Shown in pieces: positions 9,702 through 17,580 of a stretch of 51,197 bases of DNA. Origin of the DNA: Cryomorphaceae bacterium. Its GTDB lineage: Bacteria; Bacteroidota; Bacteroidia; Flavobacteriales; BACL11. Position 1 is the stretch's first letter. Each line of letters begins with the position of its first letter. The stretch spans positions 1-51,197 of the forward strand of contig CATEYX010000022.1 of the NCBI GenBank assembly GCA_949511925.1. Direction: 5' to 3'. Under the pieces are notes generated by a model. That model had not been told where the DNA came from and did no database searches. It worked only from the letters and a program-made list of their open reading frames with translations. The position numbers were made by a program, and so were the translations under genes.

Positions 9702-11428
9702 TGAAGTCTAATAAATCCATATCAACTGTTTTACTTATTGTACTCGTATTATTTATCAATATACTCAGTAGCTTTATTAATTGGAATATTGATTTGACAG
9801 CTGATAAAAAATATTCATTTGCTAAGGAATCAATTGCGATAATAAATAGTTTAGAGGATAAGTTATTTGTTAAAGTATATCTGAAAGGTGATTTCCCTGC
9901 AGAATTTAAAAAATTACAAAAATCAATTGAAGATTTGCTTAAACGATTTAAAGCAATAGCGAATAGTAATATTGATTTTGAGTTTATTGACCCTAATAAT
10001 GTTGCAAATGAAAACGAAAAGTTAGCTTTATTTAAACAGTTGGTAAAGATGAAGCTATCCCCTACTGATTTAGAAATTAAAAAAGATGGAAAACAAGTAA
10101 ATCAGATTATTTTTCCTGGAGCAATTGTTTATTATAAAGATAAACAAACGGCTGTCAATTTTTTAAAGCAGACACCGGGAGAATCGCCAGGAAGTAATAT
10201 CAATACTTCCATTGAAGCACTTGAATATGAATTTGTATCAGCTATTGAGCATTTAACCAAAAAAAGGTTAACAAAAATTGCTTTTCTAGAAGGAAATGGA
10301 GAGTTAAACGAGCAACAGGTTTATGATATTACAGAATCAGTTCTTGATGATAATTTTAATCTTTCCTATTACTATAAAGTTGACCGATTTAACATTAAGG
10401 AATTTGCAGTTGATAGTACTACTATGCTTGCTGATTTAGCAAGGCAATCAGCCCTTTTAAATACCTACAAAGCTATTATAATTGCTAAACCAACTATTAC
10501 TTTCAATAACTTAGACAAACTCCTTATTGATCAGTATATTATGCAGGGTGGTAAAGTGCTATGGTTGGTTGATGGAGTTAAAGCAAGTATGGATAGTTTA
10601 CAGAATAAATCAGGAACTTTTATTGCAACTAAAAATGTTCTAAATATTGATGATCAATTATTGAAATATGGAGTGAGAATTAATTCAAATTTAATACAAG
10701 ATCTGCGTTCTACTAAAATTCCTATTATAACAGGATATAGCAATAATATACCGCAACAATCTTATTTTAGTTGGCCCTATTCTGCTTTGTTAGTTTCGGA
10801 TAGTAAGCATGCTGTTTCAAGAGGTTTGGATGGGATAAAGTGTGAGTTTGTCAGTTCAATAGATACATTTAAAAATAATATTCAAAAAACTATTCTTTTG
10901 CATAGCTCGAAGGAAAGCAGATTGAATCCTGCCCCAAGTAAAATTAGTCTAGGAATTTTGGAAAATCCTCCAACTCCCAATAGTTATAATAAGAAGTTTT
11001 TACCAATAGCTATCTTACTTGAAGGAGAATTTGAATCCGTATTCAAGGATAAATTAGTTCAGAAAAATCAACAGATACAATTTATTAAAAAAAGTGTAAA
11101 CACTAAAATGATTGTTATAAGTGATGGAGATATTATTGCTAATGATTTAAGTAATTCTGGAGGTGTTTATCCTCTTGGTTATGACAAAAATATAAAATTC
11201 ACTTATCCAGGAAATAAACATTTTCTAATTAATGCCGTGCAGTACCTTTGTGGTGATAATGGTTTGTCACATTTGAAAGTAAAGGAGCATAATTTAAGAA
11301 TGTTAGATAAGAAAAAGGTTCAGGAAAATAGATTTATCATTCAGCTAATAAATATAGCTTTTCCAATATTATTATTATTATTATTTGCCTTGTTTTTTGT
11401 AAGGTATAAAAAAAGAAAATATGTCTAA
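9701..11428 (+). CDS. gldG: Gliding-motility ABC transporter auxiliary protein GldG
   Basis: 575 aa with N- and C-terminal TM anchors and a large periplasmic region. 1-nt overlap with gldF (TAATG). Confidence 0.75.
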   Translation: MKSNKSISTVLLIVLVLFINILSSFINWNIDLTADKKYSFAKESIAIINSLEDKLFVKVYLKGDFPAEFKKLQKSIEDLLKRFKAIANSNIDFEFIDPNNVANENEKLALFKQLVKMKLSPTDLEIKKDGKQVNQIIFPGAIVYYKDKQTAVNFLKQTPGESPGSNINTSIEALEYEFVSAIEHLTKKRLTKIAFLEGNGELNEQQVYDITESVLDDNFNLSYYYKVDRFNIKEFAVDSTTMLADLARQSALLNTYKAIIIAKPTITFNNLDKLLIDQYIMQGGKVLWLVDGVKASMDSLQNKSGTFIATKNVLNIDDQLLKYGVRINSNLIQDLRSTKIPIITGYSNNIPQQSYFSWPYSALLVSDSKHAVSRGLDGIKCEFVSSIDTFKNNIQKTILLHSSKESRLNPAPSKISLGILENPPTPNSYNKKFLPIAILLEGEFESVFKDKLVQKNQQIQFIKKSVNTKMIVISDGDIIANDLSNSGGVYPLGYDKNIKFTYPGNKHFLINAVQYLCGDNGLSHLKVKEHNLRMLDKKKVQENRFIIQLINIAFPILLLLLFALFFVRYKKRKYV

Positions 11429-12377
11429 AAAACAATTGTTTTATATTGCTCTTATTATACTAATGGCAGCTTTTCTTTGGTTTTTATCTGCTGATAAAAA
11501 ATCAAGTCTTAGTGTTGAGAATAACTTTTCAATAAGCGACACAGCATCAGTAAGTAAAATATTTATTGCTGACAGAAATGGCACGACTATTACCTTAAAT
11601 AGAAATGAAAAAGAATGGGTAATCAACAATAAATATGGAGTTAGAAAAGATGCAATTAACACTATCCTGACTACTATCAATCAAATTAGAATTCAAAGAC
11701 CGGTATCGATAAATGCTTTTGATAATGTGATTAAGAATTTAGCAACAAGAGGAGTGAAAATTGAAATTTATACTAACCAAGAAACTCCTAATAAAACATA
11801 TACTATTGGAAACTCAACCGCTAATTATTTAGGAACTTATATGTTTCTTGCTGGCAGTGAAACTCCTTATGTTATTCATATTCCATCTTTTAATGGCTTT
11901 CTTTCTCCTAGATACGGAATTAAAGTAGATAAAATAAATGAAAAAGATTGGCGAACAACTAATATATTTAGCCTAAAAGCTGAAAAAATTTCAAAAGTTA
12001 TAGTGAATCATATTCAAGACCCTAAAAAATCTTTTACCTTAACTACTGCCTCAATGATTTTGCTTAATTATTTAGGTAATGAAGCTAGCTTTAATCAAGA
12101 AAATGCTTTGCAATTCTTGAATGCTTTTCAACTGTTAAATTGTGAAAGCTATAAGGATGATAAAGAGAAAATAGAATTTGCTACTCCCATTCATGAGTTA
12201 ATTCTAAATACTGATACTTTAAGAACTTATGCTATTGGTAATGGTAAGTTGATAAAAGACAAGAAAGATAACTTTACAGTTAAACGAATGTATGCTACAT
12301 TGAATAATGGAGAGCTTATGATTATACAGGATTATGTTTTCAACAAAGTGTTAATTACTATTGATCAATTACAGTGA
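11421..12377 (+). CDS. DUF4340-like protein (N-terminal TM anchor), commonly downstream of gldG
   Basis: 318 aa with TM anchor LFYIALIILMAAFLWFL. 8-nt overlap with gldG. Family assignment is from memory of the gldFG context. Confidence 0.55.
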   Translation: MSKKQLFYIALIILMAAFLWFLSADKKSSLSVENNFSISDTASVSKIFIADRNGTTITLNRNEKEWVINNKYGVRKDAINTILTTINQIRIQRPVSINAFDNVIKNLATRGVKIEIYTNQETPNKTYTIGNSTANYLGTYMFLAGSETPYVIHIPSFNGFLSPRYGIKVDKINEKDWRTTNIFSLKAEKISKVIVNHIQDPKKSFTLTTASMILLNYLGNEASFNQENALQFLNAFQLLNCESYKDDKEKIEFATPIHELILNTDTLRTYAIGNGKLIKDKKDNFTVKRMYATLNNGELMIIQDYVFNKVLITIDQLQ

Positions 12378-12407
12378 TAAAATGCTCAGCTATATCAATA
12401 GAAAAAT

Positions 12408-12415
12408 TATATTTG
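12408..12415 (+). promoter_or_regulatory. -7 promoter box TATATTTG
   Basis: Exact TAnnTTTG match 38 nt upstream of the dnaN ATG. Confidence 0.3.
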
Positions 12416-12453
12416 ACATTTAAAATAAACCAATAAAAAATACAACTCATAGA

Positions 12454-13572
12454 ATGAAATTTATAGTTAATAGCACAGCATTGTTAAGGGAACTACAAAA
12501 GCTAAATGGAGTAATTAGTTCTAATAATACTTTGCCAATTTTGGATAATTTCTTATTTAGTATCAGTAATAGTAAAATGTCAATTATTTCTTCTGATTTA
12601 GAAACAACTATGATGTCCTCAATAAGTGTTGAGGCAGATGAAGATGGAAAAATTACTATTCCTGCTCGAATTTTAATTGACACCTTAAAAACCTTTTCTA
12701 ATCAGCCATTAACTTTTATTGTTGATACCATTACTTATGGAATTGAGATGAGCTCGGAACTTGGAAATTATAAATTAGCTGGACAAAATGCTGATGAATT
12801 CCCTAAAATGCCAACTCTTCAAGCCTCATCATCAACTATTATTAAAGGAGATGTACTTGCTAATGCAATTAACAAAACTTTATTTGCAAGTGGAAATGAT
12901 GAATTGCGCCCTGTTATGTCAGGAGTATTTTGTGAGCTTTCAAGCGAGCAAACAACATTTGTAGCTACTGATGCTCATAAATTAGTTAGGCACACGCGCA
13001 CGGATGTTAAATCTGATAAGACTGCATCTTTTATTATTCCCAAAAAACCATTAACTATTCTTAAAAACAATATTGGTGAAGATGTTGATATTACTTTAGA
13101 ATATAATGAAACAAATGCTTTGTTTTCTTTTGGTAATATCACTATTATTTGTCGCCTTATTGATGGGAAATACCCAAATTATGAAGCAGTAATTCCAAAA
13201 GAAAATCCGAATAAATTAACAATTGATACGGCATCACTTTTAAGTTCTATCAAAAGAGTTTCTATTTATGCAAATAAAACAACTCACCAAATTCGTTTTA
13301 AGGTTGCGGGTAGCGAATTACAGATTACATCTGAAGATTTAGATTTTGCAAATAAAGCTGAAGAAAGGTTATCATGCCAGTATAAAGGAGAAGATATGGA
13401 AATTGGTTTCAATTCTAAATTTGTAATTGATATGTTAAACAATATTGGTGCAGAGCAAATTTCAATTGAAATGAGTGCACCAAACAGAGCCGGTATTATT
13501 TTACCACTCGATGGTTTAGAGGAGGGAGAAAACACCCTTATGTTAGTAATGCCAGTAATGTTAAATTCTTAA
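12454..13572 (+). CDS. dnaN: DNA polymerase III beta subunit (sliding clamp)
   Basis: 372 aa. N-terminus MKFIVNSTALLRELQKLNGVISSNNTLPILDNFLF, a length consistent with three domains, and C-terminus LMLVMPVMLN. Confidence 0.92.
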   Translation: MKFIVNSTALLRELQKLNGVISSNNTLPILDNFLFSISNSKMSIISSDLETTMMSSISVEADEDGKITIPARILIDTLKTFSNQPLTFIVDTITYGIEMSSELGNYKLAGQNADEFPKMPTLQASSSTIIKGDVLANAINKTLFASGNDELRPVMSGVFCELSSEQTTFVATDAHKLVRHTRTDVKSDKTASFIIPKKPLTILKNNIGEDVDITLEYNETNALFSFGNITIICRLIDGKYPNYEAVIPKENPNKLTIDTASLLSSIKRVSIYANKTTHQIRFKVAGSELQITSEDLDFANKAEERLSCQYKGEDMEIGFNSKFVIDMLNNIGAEQISIEMSAPNRAGIILPLDGLEEGENTLMLVMPVMLNS

Positions 13573-13581
13573 TAAAAAACA

Positions 13582-14304
13582 ATGAAAAAAATAGCATCAA
13601 TTCTAGCACTTGTATTTATAACTATTGCAAGCAGTGCTCAAAGCTTAATTCCTGTGAAATATGGAGTTAAAGTTGGGGCAAATATCTCAAACATTATTTC
13701 AACTTCTAATGAAGGAGTGAAGAATATAGAAAATTCTGCATTAATTGGAATTGCAGGTGGTTTTTATATGGAAATTGCTTTGAATGACAAATGGTATTTT
13801 AACCCAGAACTTATTTATTCGCAAAAAGGAGCATCATTCACATATGAATACACGCATGAATATACAGTAAACGAAAAAGATATACACAATACATCACATG
13901 AATTGAAATTAGCATATCTTGAATTAAACCCTACAGTAAGCTATAAAGCTACTGATAAATTGGCTCTAAATTTTGGACCTTCAGTTTCTTTTATTCTTTC
14001 ACCTGATTACACTGTCTTAACTGATAAAGGTCAAAATGATAATTTAATCTCTCATCCTGAATTGCCAAAAGGAACTTATACTGAAGAGACTATTGATGTT
14101 GGTATTAATTTAGGAATTTCATATTATTTAACTGAAAACTTCTTAATTGACTCTAAAGTAAATACTAGCCTTATGAAAGCAGGAACTATTTCAAAATTAA
14201 CAAATAATGGTGTTGTAAACGGAATACTTACAAATAGCCCGCAAGCGAATACTTATGAAGTAAAAAATAGTGTTATTTCATTTTCTATTGCTTACTTATT
14301 TTAA
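13582..14304 (+). CDS. Outer-membrane beta-barrel (porin-family) protein
   Basis: 240 aa. Signal peptide ending SSAQS, alternating amphipathic strands, and aromatic C-terminus FSIAYLF. Confidence 0.6.
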   Translation: MKKIASILALVFITIASSAQSLIPVKYGVKVGANISNIISTSNEGVKNIENSALIGIAGGFYMEIALNDKWYFNPELIYSQKGASFTYEYTHEYTVNEKDIHNTSHELKLAYLELNPTVSYKATDKLALNFGPSVSFILSPDYTVLTDKGQNDNLISHPELPKGTYTEETIDVGINLGISYYLTENFLIDSKVNTSLMKAGTISKLTNNGVVNGILTNSPQANTYEVKNSVISFSIAYLF

Positions 14305-14331
14305 AGTAAAACTTATTTGCAGAAAATTAGA

Positions 14332-14356
14332 AACCTGCTTAATGCAGGTTTTTTTT
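14332..14356 (+). terminator. Rho-independent terminator
   Basis: Stem aacctgc / gcaggtt (7 bp), 5-nt loop ttaat, then a T run (tttttt). Confidence 0.7.
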
Positions 14357-14369
14357 ATATATTTACATC

Positions 14370-15146
14370 ATGAATAAATTAATTTTACTCTGTGCTATAT
14401 TATTTATCAATACATTATCAGCCCAACATATTTACAAAAATAGAAAATTCTTTGGTGGATCTTTTTATATAAATAATGAATCTTTAAAGGATGTATCTTT
14501 AGGTGGGAGTACAACAGATGCGGATGGGAATGATTATTTTAATAATACACCTTTTATTAAAAATCAACCTAAAGTTTCAAAAACTAAAAGCAGAATTCGT
14601 TTTGATATGCGTTACGGATGGTTTCCAATTGATATGCTTGCTATAGGTGGTGATTTTGACATTGCTTCAAATAGTTATAATAGTGAAGATACTACTTTTT
14701 TGATGAGTACTTATATGCAAAACAAATCTTCTGAATTTACAATTGGGCCATTTGTTAGATGGTACTTGTTTGAAGTTGGAAGACAGCCTTATGAAATTGG
14801 TGCAATATTTCTTGAAGGTGCTTATAAATTCGGAACAGGTACTTCTACAGATACATATCGTTTTGCAGGAGTACAAGATTCTTTATCAATTATTTTTTCA
14901 GGAGAAGAGAAGTATTCTTACTTGACAACTAAAGCTACAGCAAAGCTTGGCTTTAGCATGTATCTTTCTGATTTCATTTCTCACAACTGGTTTACTGGGT
15001 TTTTAATTGCTCTTGAACCAAGTGTGCAATACGATTGGATAACAAGGAAAGATATGGCAACTGACCCTCTTGATGGGGGGGTTAAAAAAAGAAAAGAAAC
15101 ATCTACGGGATTAAGATTTAACATAGCCCTTATCTCCTATTTCTAA
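14370..15146 (+). CDS. Putative outer-membrane beta-barrel protein (uncharacterised)
   Basis: 258 aa. Signal peptide MNKLILLCAILFINTLSAQ, amphipathic strand pattern, and C-terminal ALISYF. Confidence 0.5.
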   Translation: MNKLILLCAILFINTLSAQHIYKNRKFFGGSFYINNESLKDVSLGGSTTDADGNDYFNNTPFIKNQPKVSKTKSRIRFDMRYGWFPIDMLAIGGDFDIASNSYNSEDTTFLMSTYMQNKSSEFTIGPFVRWYLFEVGRQPYEIGAIFLEGAYKFGTGTSTDTYRFAGVQDSLSIIFSGEEKYSYLTTKATAKLGFSMYLSDFISHNWFTGFLIALEPSVQYDWITRKDMATDPLDGGVKKRKETSTGLRFNIALISYF

Positions 15147-15681
15147 TTAATGCTGATGCCCTCTAGCATTATCTGGAGTTATCTTATGGTCAATAATAAT
15201 TTCATCAGTAAAAGGATTGTTACTTTTTTGCATTCCTTCTAGTATTGGTTGCCCAGCATCTACCCAAGCGGAATACCACAGATTACCGATAGTTGAAATT
15301 GAAAGCCATAATCGTCTTTCTACCATATCATCTAATTTGGTATGATAAGCTTATGAAAAATCTGCAGATTTTACTTTTATAGTTTTTGTACCTCTTTTTT
15401 CATAGGAATACTGCATATCTTGAAAAGGATTTTCTCCATAATGATCTATATCAATATAGTACCTAGGTGCCTCTTACTTTATCGCATACCTCCTTTTATC
15501 AACATCAACTGCATAATCAGTTAAGTGGTCAATATTTTTTTTTATAAAAGCCAACTAACTCTTCTGGCAGGGTAAAGACGGCATACCTATTTACTCTCTT
15601 ATGGGCGTAAAATCCCCAAGGGACTATAGCATATAAAATTGAACTTTAAAAAAATACAATTATTTTAAAGTTCCTATTCAT
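15147..15681 (-). pseudogene. Decayed gene of the Bacteroidota zinc-dependent phospholipase C-like family
   Basis: Minus-strand reading gives MNRNFKIIVFF*SSILYAIVPWGFYAHKRVNRYAVFTLPEELVGFYKK[fs]NIDHLTDYAVDVDKRRYAIK*EAPRYYIDIDHYGENPF...ADFS*AYHTKL...WYSAWVDAGQPILEG...*. In-frame stops lie at 15646-15648, 15474-15476 and 15351-15353. A +1 frameshift sits in the 9-nt homopolymer at 15535-15543. No intact ORF over 60 aa is present. Confidence 0.65.
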
Positions 15682-15682
15682 C

Positions 15683-16405
15683 TTATAATATAACTAATTT
15701 ATCTCCTTTTAGGATTGGGATTATATCTGACTTAATAGGAGGAGATAAACAAAAATGAGTATCATCTTCCATGTTTAAGGACTTTAATCTTTTTCTGTGA
15801 GAAGAGTCCCTTAAATAATTAAATAAATCTCCATTTGAATTCTTCAACAATTGTATTGAAGCAAATAAGGAATCGCATGAAGATTCATATTTATCAGAAT
15901 CCATTAGTAAATCAGCTAAACTTCCTGCAAAAATTGGATCTTCCAAGTTAAATACCCCTTTCCAACCTGAACATAATATAATCACATCATTATGTTTTTC
16001 AATTAAATGATTAGCAACTGCCTCAATATTGATGTAAGAAGCTGTAATTACTTTATGTCCTCTAGCATTATGGATTGCTTTAGTTCCATTTGTTGTTGTG
16101 AGTACTAAAGTTTTCCCTTTAACATCAGCATTGATATAATGAAAGGGTGAATTTCCATAATCAAAACCCTCAATTGGTTTAGCATTTCGTTCAGCAGCAA
16201 CAATATATCCTTCTTTACCTTTGTAGGAAAGTGCTTCTTCAAGTGTCTGTACAGGAATAATTGCCTTAACTCCTGCCGTAAAAGCAGTAGAAATTACTGA
16301 TGTAGCTCTTAACAAATCGACAACCACAACTGTTGATTTTCCATCAGCATATTTATCAAACTGATCAGCAGTAAAACAAACAGAAATTTTTTTGGATTCA
16401 GACAT
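15683..16405 (-). CDS. comB: 2-phosphosulfolactate phosphatase (ComB) family protein
   Basis: 240 aa. ComB-family motif VVVDLLRATSVISTAF. 1-nt overlap with gcvT. Confidence 0.75.
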   Translation of the reverse strand: MSESKKISVCFTADQFDKYADGKSTVVVVDLLRATSVISTAFTAGVKAIIPVQTLEEALSYKGKEGYIVAAERNAKPIEGFDYGNSPFHYINADVKGKTLVLTTTNGTKAIHNARGHKVITASYINIEAVANHLIEKHNDVIILCSGWKGVFNLEDPIFAGSLADLLMDSDKYESSCDSLFASIQLLKNSNGDLFNYLRDSSHRKRLKSLNMEDDTHFCLSPPIKSDIIPILKGDKLVIL

Positions 16406-17478
16406 TACTTTAAGAATGGTAAAGCAACAACAACTGCTTTAATTTGTTTTTTACGTACTTGAATATAAACCTCACTACCTATTTTTGAAAGTTCCTTAGA
16501 AACATAAGCCAAAGCAATTGCTTTATTTAAACTAGGCGACATAGTGCCAGAAGTTACAATACCTATCTCATTTCCATCAGTATCGACAATAGGGTAATCT
16601 TTACGCGCAATACCTTTGTCGATAATTTCTAGACCAACTAATTTTCTAGTAGTTCTACCTTCTTTTTGAGCTTTTAATTCTTCATGATTTATAAATTCTT
16701 TTGTGAACTTAGTAATCCAACCTAAACCTGCTTCAATAGGTGATGTTGTATCATTGATATCATTACCATACAAACAGAAACCTTTCTCTAAACGCAAAGT
16801 ATCTCTTGCAGCCAATCCAATAGGTTTTAATTCTATCGAAGTAGTAAAAAGAGCATCCCAAAGTTGCTTTGTTGATTCATTTTTGACATACAATTCAAAA
16901 CCAATTTCTCCTGTATATCCAGTTCTTGATAGGATAACATCCTCAATTCCTGCAATATTTCCTATTTTAAAATTATAGTACTTTATTTCAGATAAGTTAA
17001 TTTCAGTAAGTTCTTGTAACAATTCAATTACCTTAGGCCCTTGTACTGCTAGTAATGAATAATTATCTGATTGATTATTAATGGTACATCCAAAAGTATT
17101 ATGCTTATTTATCCATGCCAAATCCTTTTCCATATTAGAGGCGTTAACCACTAATAAATAATTGTTTTCTGCAATCATATACAATAAAAAATCATCTACG
17201 ATTCCGCCATCCGCATTAGGCAAGCAAGTGTATTGAATTTTACCAGGTTTAAGCTTTCTTACATCATTAGTAGTAATGTATTGCAAGAAATCTAAAGCCT
17301 TATCGCCACTAACAAACACTTCTCCCATGTGAGAAACATCAAAAACACCAACTTCATTCCTAACAGTATGATGCTCTGCTTTTACTCCTTCATATTGTAC
17401 GGGCATATAATAGCCTGCAAACTCAACCATTTTTCCTCCTAAACTCTTGTGTATATCTGATAATACTAATTGCTTCAT
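16405..17478 (-). CDS. gcvT: Glycine cleavage system aminomethyltransferase T
   Basis: 357 aa. Motifs FAGYYMPVQY and VGVFDVSHMGE, with a GCV_T C-terminal barrel. Confidence 0.92.
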   Translation of the reverse strand: MKQLVLSDIHKSLGGKMVEFAGYYMPVQYEGVKAEHHTVRNEVGVFDVSHMGEVFVSGDKALDFLQYITTNDVRKLKPGKIQYTCLPNADGGIVDDFLLYMIAENNYLLVVNASNMEKDLAWINKHNTFGCTINNQSDNYSLLAVQGPKVIELLQELTEINLSEIKYYNFKIGNIAGIEDVILSRTGYTGEIGFELYVKNESTKQLWDALFTTSIELKPIGLAARDTLRLEKGFCLYGNDINDTTSPIEAGLGWITKFTKEFINHEELKAQKEGRTTRKLVGLEIIDKGIARKDYPIVDTDGNEIGIVTSGTMSPSLNKAIALAYVSKELSKIGSEVYIQVRKKQIKAVVVALPFLK

Positions 17479-17494
17479 AAAAATTTAATTTTCA

Positions 17495-17502
17495 CAAATG
17501 TA
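17495..17502 (-). promoter_or_regulatory. -7 promoter box TACATTTG (minus strand)
   Basis: The plus strand reads caaatgta. It lies 16 nt upstream of the gcvT ATG (17476-17478). Confidence 0.35.
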
Positions 17503-17580
17503 TGAAATCTCTTTCCTTAAGATTTAATTTAGCATTGATATTAAGATTTTTTTTCTTACTTTGCATAAAAGTAAAATAAT

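Noticed and set aside
17479-17580. Possible glycine riboswitch in the gcvT leader.
   Set aside because: The spacer is only ~100 nt, extremely AT-rich, and shared with a divergent gene. It lacks the conserved GGAGAG and CACCG-type cores, and the -7 box lies only 16 nt from the ATG.
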